A program made the position numbers and the translations under genes. From a virus (Duplodnaviria > Caudoviricetes), in IMG/VR virus record IMGVR_UViG_3300012919_001792, positions 1-54,678 of that record: DNA of 54,678 bases; one strand, 5' to 3'. Of this stretch, positions 1 through 8,808 are shown in pieces (the first letter of the stretch is position 1; every line of letters starts with the position of its first letter). Below the pieces are notes generated by a model that was not told where the DNA came from, ran no database searches, and saw only the letters and a program-made list of their open reading frames with translations.

Positions 1-86
1 AGGCCACTGCGATCTATGTGAACAGCCTGAGTGACATTGCCAACACTCATGAAGTTCTTCATTGTGATAGTTTTTAATTTAAGCAT
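1..86 (-). CDS. gp46: Recombination endonuclease ATPase subunit (T4 gp46/SbcC/Rad50-like), 5' end only; runs off the window
   Basis: Read by hand: ATG at 86 gives MLKLKTITMKNFMSVGNVTQAVHIDRSG. KNFMSVGN is the typical gp46/SbcC N-terminus. Overlaps the gp47 stop by 8 nt. Confidence 0.85.
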   Translation of the reverse strand, partial: MLKLKTITMKNFMSVGNVTQAVHIDRSG

Positions 87-1101
87 TTAATCCTTGATAG
101 ATATCCGTTAGTAGTTTCTTGTCTATAAACTCGCTGTCAACTAAGTTTAATTGATTATACACTATTTGGTCAACACTTTCAACCTCTATATTTGCCTCTT
201 CAGCCCAATCAATTGCATGATCATCACGTTTGACTGGTACTAAACTGAATTCACGTAGGTTGTAATCTTTTGTCAGTGTTTCTTTGAGAAAGTTTGCTTC
301 TTCATAGCTAACATTTACATCCATTGCCACACGAGCATAAACATTGCTGTCCAAGTATTGTTCTGGTTTATCAACCAATTGGCTCAATGGTATTGTAATA
401 TACTTTGGTCCAGAATAGTCTACATACTCAGGCTTGCCTCCCCATTCCAAAAACATAGCACCACGTTCGTGATCCCAAGCATCTGCATAGTTGTGTCCAA
501 ACGGTGAACCCAAATAGTGTACGTTCTTTTTGCTTTGTCTTTTGTGAAAATGTCCTGAAAACACATATTCAGGATGTGCAAAATCATCTGCTTTGAGCTC
601 TCCGTGATCAGGCATGTCTACCATAGCATTCATTTTAAAGTAGGGCAACTCAAAATGTCCAAACACATAACGTGATTTGATCTTCTTCATGTTTTTCCAT
701 TCATCGCCTACTAACCACGGAACTAATGCAACACCGTTTTCTTCAAGCATAGCATCATTAACCATGTGTACATTATGATGCAATCCAGCATAAGGCATGC
801 TGTTTATTTCACGTTTTTCACGATAGTATAAATCATGATTGCCCATTATCATGTATACATTTTTAAATGTTTCTGCTAGAAAACCTACGTTGCTCACACT
901 ATAGTTTAATGTGCTGGTGTTCAGTGTAGCTCTATGGTGATGCCAATCGCCTAAGAATATACAGGTTTCAGCACCACGTTTCTTTGCTTCTTCACAGAAC
1001 CACAATACAAAAGCCTCACAATCATTGTTGTAGGTTCTATTGTTGTTTTTGTTGCCAAAATGAATATCTGTGAAACAAGCGACCTTGTCAAAAAATTGCA
1101 T
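79..1101 (-). CDS. gp47: Recombination endonuclease nuclease subunit (T4 gp47/Mre11/SbcD metallophosphoesterase)
   Basis: Motifs TDIHFG, LGDWHH, MGNHD, FGHFE, SGHFH; lies between gp55-like and gp46-like genes. Confidence 0.93.
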   Translation of the reverse strand: MQFFDKVACFTDIHFGNKNNNRTYNNDCEAFVLWFCEEAKKRGAETCIFLGDWHHHRATLNTSTLNYSVSNVGFLAETFKNVYMIMGNHDLYYREKREINSMPYAGLHHNVHMVNDAMLEENGVALVPWLVGDEWKNMKKIKSRYVFGHFELPYFKMNAMVDMPDHGELKADDFAHPEYVFSGHFHKRQSKKNVHYLGSPFGHNYADAWDHERGAMFLEWGGKPEYVDYSGPKYITIPLSQLVDKPEQYLDSNVYARVAMDVNVSYEEANFLKETLTKDYNLREFSLVPVKRDDHAIDWAEEANIEVESVDQIVYNQLNLVDSEFIDKKLLTDIYQGLNA

Positions 1102-1106
1102 TTGAT

Positions 1107-1964
1107 TTACCTGCTGGTTGGAGGAACTGTAGTATTCTCGTCAAGTTCTTTCATTTTCATTTCGTGTTCAATCTGTCTTGTCCAGCTAGGATTTTGTCCT
1201 GCTTCTATCAACAAGTCATCTCTGATGTTTTGATTGCGTTTTTCCAAATTTAGAACTCGTGTAAAGCTATTAGTTATGGCGGCTGTGTAGTATGCAAATG
1301 GATTCTGTGATTTGCTTTCGTCAAACTGCAAACCAATTTGTGATAGCTGTAGTAGTGCTTGACTACGCATTTCATCTACGTAGGTATAGCCACGCCAGTT
1401 ACTTCTCATACTATAACGTTGACACAACATCATAAACATTTTTGCTAGTTTAGGAGTTATTGTTCCGTGATCTATACTAAAATGTCCGTTGCCTAGTCCG
1501 CCTTCCCAGTGACTGCGTAGCACTTCTTCCCATTCTCCTTTTTTAAGTCTTACATGTTTGAAAGGAGGATAGTTACATCTTGAATGATGATCTGCTACAG
1601 TTTTTGGTTTGTTTTTTCGTTGTTCAAGCGGAATATGTTCAAATGTCATTATACGCACAACCAAATCATTTTTATCTATAGTGTCTGGATCTACAACAAA
1701 CTGATTTTGTTTTGGTTTTTGACTGCGTTTGCCATTCATTTCTTCCCATTCCAACATAGCTTGTTCGTACATACGTTCTTTCATACGTTTAGCTCTGTTG
1801 GCCTTGGCTTCTGCTATAGCTTCATCTGTGATGTCATCCATGCTTTGCACAATAACATCATATTCTGCATCTTCTTCTTCGTTGTACCAACAGAAACTAA
1901 GTTTGCTTTTGTGAATTTCTGCCAGCAAGTCTTTATTGTTAAGATAATTTACTCTTTTTGCCAT
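1107..1964 (-). CDS. gp55: Late-transcription sigma factor (T4 gp55-like), longer than T4 gp55
   Basis: NYLNNKDLLAEI at the N-terminus; RYSMRSNWRGYTYVDEM...FDESKSQNPFAYYTAAITNSFTRVLNLEKRNQNIRD; 55-47-46 gene order. Confidence 0.85.
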   Translation of the reverse strand: MAKRVNYLNNKDLLAEIHKSKLSFCWYNEEEDAEYDVIVQSMDDITDEAIAEAKANRAKRMKERMYEQAMLEWEEMNGKRSQKPKQNQFVVDPDTIDKNDLVVRIMTFEHIPLEQRKNKPKTVADHHSRCNYPPFKHVRLKKGEWEEVLRSHWEGGLGNGHFSIDHGTITPKLAKMFMMLCQRYSMRSNWRGYTYVDEMRSQALLQLSQIGLQFDESKSQNPFAYYTAAITNSFTRVLNLEKRNQNIRDDLLIEAGQNPSWTRQIEHEMKMKELDENTTVPPTSR

Positions 1965-1987
1965 TGAACCTCTTTCTATTCTGTGTT

Positions 1988-2016
1988 AGTATAGCGTGTC
2001 TACAACCAAAAGTCAA
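1988..2016 (-). promoter_or_regulatory. Sigma70-type promoter for the gp55-gp47-gp46 operon
   Basis: Minus strand TTGACT (2016-2011), 17-nt spacer, TATACT (1993-1988), about 24 nt upstream of the gp55 ATG. Confidence 0.75.
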
Positions 2017-2044
2017 CGGTTTTTCTCCTGGCTAAATACAATTA
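2016..2044 (+). promoter_or_regulatory. Putative late promoter (TAAATA core) at the head of the baseplate operon
   Basis: GGCTAAATACAATTA (2030-2044) is identical to 26306-26320; it resembles the T4 late consensus TATAAATA and is preceded by ACGGTTTTT. Confidence 0.65.
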
Positions 2045-2058
2045 ACAGAGGTATTCGT

Positions 2059-2667
2059 ATGAGATTTAGTGAAATTACAGAAGCAGTAGCAGACAATGTC
2101 GTAGTTTTCTATGGCGGTAGATTCCAACCCATGCATCTTGCACACAAACAGGTTTATCAACATTTGGTTGAGAAGTTTGGACCCGCTAATGTATTTATCG
2201 CTACAACCTTCAGTCAAAAAGCACAAAAGGCACATGTTATGGGTGATTTCAGCAGTGATCCATTTACCTTTGATGAAAAGAAATCAATCATGTCTGCTAT
2301 GCATGGAATACCTGCAGATAGGATAGTAAACACAAATCCTTACAGACCAGATCCAAATCTAGTAGGACGAAAACCAGAATCTACTGCCGTTGTCATAGTA
2401 TACAGTGCCAAAGATGCTGGAAGATTAAGCACCAGCGGATCTCTAAAACCATACAAAGATGGTGAGCTACAACCAACAACTGAAGTGCCAGCCTATGTTT
2501 ATGTTGCACCTGAAATGATGGGTGGCATGAGTGCTAGTGACTTTAGATCAGCTATGAGCAGTGACAGTGATGAAACTGCAAAGAAAAAAGTGTTTCAGCA
2601 GTTTTTTGGAAAATTTGATCAAAAGGTCTTTGATTTTATAAACAAAAGGTTGAACAATGATAGCTGA
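2059..2667 (+). CDS. HIGH-superfamily nucleotidyl/cytidyltransferase-like protein
   Basis: YGGRFQPMHLAH (HxGH-like), PFTFDEKK, MSASDFR. The start is moved to ATG 2059 because of the upstream AGAGGT SD and the late promoter. Confidence 0.75.
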   Translation: MRFSEITEAVADNVVVFYGGRFQPMHLAHKQVYQHLVEKFGPANVFIATTFSQKAQKAHVMGDFSSDPFTFDEKKSIMSAMHGIPADRIVNTNPYRPDPNLVGRKPESTAVVIVYSAKDAGRLSTSGSLKPYKDGELQPTTEVPAYVYVAPEMMGGMSASDFRSAMSSDSDETAKKKVFQQFFGKFDQKVFDFINKRLNNDS

Positions 2668-3253
2668 TAAACGTGCTAGGTTAACAGTCAAAGGTAGTTA
2701 CAATTTACCACTACAAGGTCCAGGACAAAATTTGAAAGCAAGTGGAGATGCTAAAAGTTTGGTTTTTCCATACAATCCTACTATTACATATTCAAGACCA
2801 GCAAATTATGGAGCATATGATCTTGCTCACACAAACTATCAACCTAGATTTTTTAGCAATACTTCATCGCCAAACATACAGTTAACAGCATTGTTTACCA
2901 ACAATACTGTTGATGAAATGAATTATACCATTGGAGCACTGCATTTTTTACGTGTGGTAAGTTTGATGCACTATGGTGAGAATGATGAATTTAGAGGTAC
3001 ACCACCACCCGTTTTGCTTTTTAGTGCATATGGTAAAAACAACTATCAAAATTTTCCAGTGGTTGTAACATCCGTTGATTATACGTTGGACAGCGATTTA
3101 GATTATGTTGAGTCTGAAGATGGAACTAATTTGCCAGCACAACTGTTTATTGCAGTTTCACTAGCACATCAGCCTGATTTGATTTCTACAAGAAAAGATT
3201 TTACAATTGATGCTATAGCAAATGGCAGTTTATTGGGTAGAGGATTTATATAA
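2657..3253 (+). CDS. Baseplate/tail-tube-initiator-like structural protein
   Basis: LVFPYNPTIT...GTPPPVLLFSAYG...FPVVVTSVDYT, a pattern typical of contractile-tail tube-like proteins; sits in the baseplate operon. Confidence 0.55.
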   Translation: MIADKRARLTVKGSYNLPLQGPGQNLKASGDAKSLVFPYNPTITYSRPANYGAYDLAHTNYQPRFFSNTSSPNIQLTALFTNNTVDEMNYTIGALHFLRVVSLMHYGENDEFRGTPPPVLLFSAYGKNNYQNFPVVVTSVDYTLDSDLDYVESEDGTNLPAQLFIAVSLAHQPDLISTRKDFTIDAIANGSLLGRGFI

Positions 3254-3552
3254 TGACCTATTATCGTAATGACAGTCATCTTGCTGGTACTAAAACAAAT
3301 TCTAAATTTACAGAATTATATGAACCAGCTAATCAATTATTCAATAGTGATATACAAAAGGTTACCATTGAATCCAAGCACAATAGACGACCAGATCTAG
3401 CCGCACAGGATCTACTGGGCAATCATAGGCTATGGTGGATATTCATGCACTTCAATCCTGACACACTCAAAGATCCAGTAGCAGATTTTACTTCAGGAAA
3501 AATTATAAATGTTCCTAAACAAAAAGCAAGCACAAGCACAGTGAGGCTGTAA
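3253..3552 (+). CDS. gp53: Baseplate wedge LysM-like subunit (T4 gp53-like)
   Basis: RRPDLAAQDLLGNHRLWWIF...NPD.LKDP..DF..GKIINVP. Confidence 0.7.
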   Translation: MTYYRNDSHLAGTKTNSKFTELYEPANQLFNSDIQKVTIESKHNRRPDLAAQDLLGNHRLWWIFMHFNPDTLKDPVADFTSGKIINVPKQKASTSTVRL

Positions 3553-3553
3553 T

Positions 3554-6427
3554 ATGCCAAAAAATATCATAGATGTAATGAATGACACTTTTGACACTAC
3601 CGGTAGACCTGGTGATGATGTTAAAATTATTGAAATACCAGATTTCATAACTGGTGGTGAAATAGAAATCAATAAAGGTGCTGATGTAGAAGATGATAAC
3701 GAAGAGCTTGATCTAAGTGGTTTGAGAAAAGACAACAAAGTTACAAAACCAAAAATATCAGATGATTTTTACAATGATGCAATTATACGTGAGTCAGAAT
3801 ATAGAAAAAGCAAAGAACTAGATGCATACAAAGATGAACTAGCCAGTGAGTTACCACAGCAGGTATGGCAAGAAAATATCCTCAATAACTTTGACAATCC
3901 TACCTATCATCTAACTTTGTACGTTGGTACCAAACCAGATATACAACTAGATCAATACAAACAACGAGGAGTTATTGTAGCTGAAACTGGATCTACTACA
4001 CGTTTTCACATTGATAATCTTGAAGTAGCATCTCCTGTAGGCGGAAGTGAAATAGTTTCAACAGTGGCACCTCAGATTACATTTCAAATTACTGAACCAA
4101 ATGGTGCTGGATTTTTTCCAGCGGCAATTACAGCAACAAAACAAATGGGCATTCCGCAGTTTATCAAGGCTGGATTTGCACTGGAAGTAAGATTCAAAGG
4201 CAGAAACAAAAGCACCAGCCAGCCATCAAACATAGGTGGCGGAGTGTGGGTTTACAAACTTGTAGTGCTGGACATACAAACCAAACATGGTGTTGATGGT
4301 AGTACATACTTTTTTACCACACGAGCAACAAGTCAAATAGCAAATCAACAGGAGTTTGCAACCGTCAAAGAAGAAATCACACTTAGAAATGTTGGAACAC
4401 TTGGAGAAGCTCTCAAAGATTTGGAAACAAAGCTAACACGATATCATAGGAATTTGGCAATAACCAAAGGTTCACAAACTGAAGATGAAGTAGTGATTAA
4501 ATTTCCTGGCGAGTGGAGCAAATGGGAGATCTTAGTAGTAGATGCTATTGAAAGCACAGACAAACAAAAAGTAACAAATACTGTACTAGAATCTGGTACA
4601 CTTATCAAACATTTTTTAGGAACATTGGTCTACTATACAAAACAGTTTGCAGAAAGACTGAAAGATGCAGGTGCTCATATTGACAATGATAATAAGTTTC
4701 AAGTAAAAGATTATCTAGGCAAGTACTACAAAATAAAAACTGATGTAGAATTCAAAGATCAATTTGATGAAGCTAGACAAGACTATCCTAAGATTATCAC
4801 TTATGAAATAATTGAAGTATTGGAAAGAATACAAGTCAAAGAATCACGCTTGAAAGATCTACTTGACGATAAAAGAAAGCAAGAAGCTACAGTGGCGTTG
4901 ATGATTAGGAAACAACTATTAAACAAAAGATACGATTATCTCAACACTGGATTGAATACAGAAGTAATACAATTTGAAGCAACACTTGATCAATCGCATA
5001 TTGTACCAGAAGCTATCTATGAAGGTACTACCAGCTATCCACGTAATACAGTAGCAAAAACAACTGAGGCTGTAACTCGAGAACAAGCTCTATCACCAAA
5101 TGCAAGCTATCAAACACTTCTACTAGCTGAAAAACAAGCAAAACAAGCCGTTCAAGAAGCTAGAAGAAAATTAACCGATCTTGAACGTTCTGGAAGAATA
5201 GAGTTTGAAGAAAAACAATTATACAATGAGCTAAAAAAAGCAGAAGCAGATGCTGTAAAATACAGAGATGAAATATCAGCTTTACGACAAGCAAAAGTAC
5301 AACAAAAAATTATTAGTGCTGACTATCTTGGAGACGTTGTAACTTCTACAGAAAATCTGCTAAGAGAAAGATACCTACCGGTTAAAACCAAACGTAACAC
5401 TACAACAGATCTATCTGCAATGCTTACTCTAGTTAGAGAAAGACAAATGATCACCAAGCATTTGCTTAATATTGAGTTGGGCATAAAAGGAGATCCATAC
5501 TGGTTAGGAGAACCAAGTTTCTATGAAGATACCGGTGGTGGTGCTCAATTACACGAAGACAGTACTTTTCCATACGATACCGGACCGCCTTTCTTTTTGT
5601 TCAGCATGTTTTTTCCAACAAACTATGATGGCAACGGACAAAGCAGACCATTGTTTAACGCACTATACAGTGGCGTGTATCAAACGTTTACAGTAATACA
5701 CTCGATGAGAGGTGGGCAATATCAAATTTTTATGACAGCAAAACGTGACACCCAAATACAAGAAGAAGTGGTAAAACAGATGGTTGATAATCTAAAGTTT
5801 GAATTACCAGATGGCAAAGACAAACCAACTGTAACTGAAAAAGACGGCAAAGATGAACAACCTAAAACAAGCGACGGTGCTACAGATCTAGGAACAGGCC
5901 CACCTGTATCAGAAGATTTATATGAAAGACAAAAACGTGCAGTTGATGTGCTAATGGAAGAAGGACTCACTAGAGATCAAGCCATTGGTATGGTTGCTAA
6001 CCTTACAGCGGAGAGTGCCTTGCGAACAGATGCCATCAATAGAAACGATGGCGGACCAGGCAAGCACAGTGAAGGTTTGGCACAATGGAATAGAACTAGA
6101 CTGGACAATCTCAAAAACTTTGCAGGAGTGCCTCTTAGTACGCCAACAAAAGACATACCATTTGATACACAGCTTAGATATATTGCACACGAATTCAAAG
6201 GCAGTGGTGGCAATGGTGGTGGTAGTGAATCAGCCGCATGGAACAAAATGCAGAGTGCAAATAATTTACAAGAAGCCACCATCGCTGGTAACTACTATGA
6301 AAGATTCAAAGACTACACAGATCCACCTTCAAGCACTAACGAAGTTGGACACAGAATTAAAATTGCAAATGAACTAGTTAATAGATTGAACTCTGAATCA
6401 GATCCAAAAAATGAAGGTATAAATTAA
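3554..6427 (+). CDS. Baseplate hub protein with C-terminal phage tail lysozyme domain
   Basis: ENILNNFDNPTYHLTL and IELGIKGDPYWLG...SGVYQTFTVIHSMRGGQY hub-like motifs; C-terminal AIGMVANLTAESAL...GLAQWNRTR...FDTQLRYIAHE (Phage_lysozyme2-like). Confidence 0.7.
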   Translation: MPKNIIDVMNDTFDTTGRPGDDVKIIEIPDFITGGEIEINKGADVEDDNEELDLSGLRKDNKVTKPKISDDFYNDAIIRESEYRKSKELDAYKDELASELPQQVWQENILNNFDNPTYHLTLYVGTKPDIQLDQYKQRGVIVAETGSTTRFHIDNLEVASPVGGSEIVSTVAPQITFQITEPNGAGFFPAAITATKQMGIPQFIKAGFALEVRFKGRNKSTSQPSNIGGGVWVYKLVVLDIQTKHGVDGSTYFFTTRATSQIANQQEFATVKEEITLRNVGTLGEALKDLETKLTRYHRNLAITKGSQTEDEVVIKFPGEWSKWEILVVDAIESTDKQKVTNTVLESGTLIKHFLGTLVYYTKQFAERLKDAGAHIDNDNKFQVKDYLGKYYKIKTDVEFKDQFDEARQDYPKIITYEIIEVLERIQVKESRLKDLLDDKRKQEATVALMIRKQLLNKRYDYLNTGLNTEVIQFEATLDQSHIVPEAIYEGTTSYPRNTVAKTTEAVTREQALSPNASYQTLLLAEKQAKQAVQEARRKLTDLERSGRIEFEEKQLYNELKKAEADAVKYRDEISALRQAKVQQKIISADYLGDVVTSTENLLRERYLPVKTKRNTTTDLSAMLTLVRERQMITKHLLNIELGIKGDPYWLGEPSFYEDTGGGAQLHEDSTFPYDTGPPFFLFSMFFPTNYDGNGQSRPLFNALYSGVYQTFTVIHSMRGGQYQIFMTAKRDTQIQEEVVKQMVDNLKFELPDGKDKPTVTEKDGKDEQPKTSDGATDLGTGPPVSEDLYERQKRAVDVLMEEGLTRDQAIGMVANLTAESALRTDAINRNDGGPGKHSEGLAQWNRTRLDNLKNFAGVPLSTPTKDIPFDTQLRYIAHEFKGSGGNGGGSESAAWNKMQSANNLQEATIAGNYYERFKDYTDPPSSTNEVGHRIKIANELVNRLNSESDPKNEGIN

Positions 6428-7668
6428 TGAGCAAAAATTGGACAACTAGAAATACTACTATGGGACATGCTGATGGCAAAATGGATATGCCATCAAGCCA
6501 CAAGCAACTTCCTAAACAGGGATTGTACCTAGCAAGAGTGGTCAACAACAGCGATCAACAGTACAATGGTAGATTTACAGTTGAACTATTGGACAGCATG
6601 AATGAACCTACAACCACGCCTGATCCAGCAGGCCATACCGGAACATTTACTGTAATACCTACTTCGCCTTTTGGTGGTACTACTGACGCTAGTGTTGCCA
6701 CTGACAATAAAAAATATGCAACCAGTCAAAAAAGTTATGGTATGTCTCCGCAAGCACCTCCAATTGGAGCTACTGTTCTTGTGTTTTTTATCAAAGAACA
6801 ACAAGAAGGTTTTTATATGGGTAGCATATATGACGTTGATAGAAACTACAGTATTCCAGGACTAGCTCATGCAAAAATAAATGAAAGAGGTGATAGAGGA
6901 CCTGCTAGTGAACTCAATCCAAACAATAAAGATTATGAAAAGAAAATTAGAGGTGTACACCCTGGGTTTGCAAACACAGTAGAAGCAGGTTTGGCAGGTG
7001 ATTATATTAGAGGATTGAACAGTAGTGGTATGCGAAGAGATACCATCAACAATGCATTTGGATTTACAACTGCCAGTGGACATAGTTTTGTAATGGATGA
7101 TGGCGGTAGTGCAGGCACAGATGCTGGTGTTAGAATACGTACAGCCAGTGGAGCTCAAATACTGCTACACGATGAGGCCGCAACAATTTATATCAACAAT
7201 GCAGTGGGCAGTGCTTATATTGAAATTGACAATGCAGGACATGTTGATGTTTACAGTGCAACCAGTTTCAATGTGCATGCTGAAGAACAGATAAATTTTA
7301 AAACAGGTGGTGCATTCAATGTTGAAGCAAACAGCATCAACCTTAAAAGTATTCAAGCTGGCATAAAAATGGAAAGTGCAACAGGCAAAATTGAAATGCA
7401 CAGTGCAACTGATGTTACTATAAGTGCAGACGGTAACGGCAACCTAAATTTTAGCAGTGGTAATCTACGTGCTACTGCAAATAGAATTGACTGGAATGGA
7501 CCACCAGCAGATAAGGCCGAAAAGCCTGAAAAAGGTGCTCTCGCTAGAAACACTGGAGTTAAAGAAAGTATAGCTGGCAGAGTGCCAGAACATGAGCCAT
7601 GGGGCGGGCGTGATACATTTGCCGCCGGTTCAGCCGCCGGAGCAGAATCTAAAGCAGGACCAAGATAA
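6427..7668 (+). CDS. gp5: Baseplate central spike (gp5/VgrG-like OB fold plus beta-helix)
   Basis: YLARVVNNSD...GRFTV...PPIGATVLVFF; GHSFVMDD, RIRTASGAQILLHD; repetitive beta-strand C-terminus; PEHEPW. Confidence 0.75.
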   Translation: MSKNWTTRNTTMGHADGKMDMPSSHKQLPKQGLYLARVVNNSDQQYNGRFTVELLDSMNEPTTTPDPAGHTGTFTVIPTSPFGGTTDASVATDNKKYATSQKSYGMSPQAPPIGATVLVFFIKEQQEGFYMGSIYDVDRNYSIPGLAHAKINERGDRGPASELNPNNKDYEKKIRGVHPGFANTVEAGLAGDYIRGLNSSGMRRDTINNAFGFTTASGHSFVMDDGGSAGTDAGVRIRTASGAQILLHDEAATIYINNAVGSAYIEIDNAGHVDVYSATSFNVHAEEQINFKTGGAFNVEANSINLKSIQAGIKMESATGKIEMHSATDVTISADGNGNLNFSSGNLRATANRIDWNGPPADKAEKPEKGALARNTGVKESIAGRVPEHEPWGGRDTFAAGSAAGAESKAGPR

Positions 7669-8420
7669 TGACTTACAGTGCAACACCAACTGGATCTGGA
7701 AGAACACTACAAACACTACAATCATATCCTAGTGCAAAGTTGATAGAATGGAGTGATTTTACTGTTAAAGACTCGTTGGATGCTACAGTTATTGAACCTA
7801 TAGAAAATCGTGAACTGAGTGCGAAAGCGGTGAGTGTATTACTTTTGAAATACGTTTACAAAATGTACACAGTAAATGGTGTTATAGGCTACAACACTTT
7901 AGACACAAACAAAACCTACACCTATGGTATCAGCGAAGCAGATGCATTCAGTGATTGGATAATTGGTATAAAGAAACTTGAAAAAGGTTTAAAAAATGTA
8001 TTGCCTGCAAAATTTACTATTACTCAATCTCAGTATGATGCACTAGTGCTATTTTTTGTTGTGACAGGACAAATAAACAAAGTTCAAATTGTTGAAGGTT
8101 CGTTTGATTTAAAGAATGATATTTTAGCTGGAAACTGGGAAACAGTGGCAAGCAAAATATCATATGACAGTAGAGATTTCAACATAAGCAGACAAATTGG
8201 CTCCATGATGATACTAGGCGATTATGGACAACCATTACCACGTACTTGGATGCGTAACAAAGGAATACAAGTCACTCGAAGACAATATGAATTTTTAATC
8301 GATGGATATCAGATTAGACAAGCAGAACACAGTTACTATCGTGAAACCCAAAAATTCTTGCCAAATATGAGTGAAATGCGTCAAAGAGAAGTAGTAACGT
8401 ACTATAGAGCAAATCCTTAA
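7668..8420 (+). CDS. Lysozyme-like (GH24-fold) baseplate-associated protein, possibly catalytically degenerate
   Basis: IGYN, ITQSQYDALVLF, RQAE resemble the phage lysozyme pattern; no obvious catalytic Glu. Confidence 0.5.
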   Translation: MTYSATPTGSGRTLQTLQSYPSAKLIEWSDFTVKDSLDATVIEPIENRELSAKAVSVLLLKYVYKMYTVNGVIGYNTLDTNKTYTYGISEADAFSDWIIGIKKLEKGLKNVLPAKFTITQSQYDALVLFFVVTGQINKVQIVEGSFDLKNDILAGNWETVASKISYDSRDFNISRQIGSMMILGDYGQPLPRTWMRNKGIQVTRRQYEFLIDGYQIRQAEHSYYRETQKFLPNMSEMRQREVVTYYRANP

Positions 8421-8424
8421 AACC

Positions 8425-8446
8425 ACGGTTTTTTAGCTCATAAATA
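8425..8446 (+). promoter_or_regulatory. Putative late promoter upstream of gp25
   Basis: ACGGTTTTTT-AGCT-CATAAATA in the only sizeable intergenic gap here; ATG 5 nt after the core. Confidence 0.65.
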
Positions 8447-8451
8447 AATGT

Positions 8452-8808
8452 ATGAGATTTGTAGGATATACCACGGTTGATCAGCCACTTATAGCAAAAG
8501 TCTTAACTGACAAGGACCTTGCTATTCAAGATCTTAAAAACAATTTTTTTACACGCAGAGGTGAAAGATTGATGGATCCTGATTTTGGTAGTATTATACC
8601 AGAAATGATTTTTGAACCGTTGGATGATATCACTAAGGGCGAAATTCAAGCTGATGCAGAACGTATTATTACACTAGATCCAAGATGGAATCTACTTGAA
8701 TTTGCAGTAATTGACAACGAACATGATGTAAGACTTCAATTAAAGTTGGAATATTTAGATAGAACAGAAGAGGAAGTTTTCATAGCATATGAAAGAGATC
8801 AACTATAA
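8452..8808 (+). CDS. gp25: Baseplate wedge subunit (GPW/gp25 family)
   Basis: DLKNNFFTRRGERLMDPDFGSIIPEMIFEPLD...DPRW. Confidence 0.9.
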   Translation: MRFVGYTTVDQPLIAKVLTDKDLAIQDLKNNFFTRRGERLMDPDFGSIIPEMIFEPLDDITKGEIQADAERIITLDPRWNLLEFAVIDNEHDVRLQLKLEYLDRTEEEVFIAYERDQL

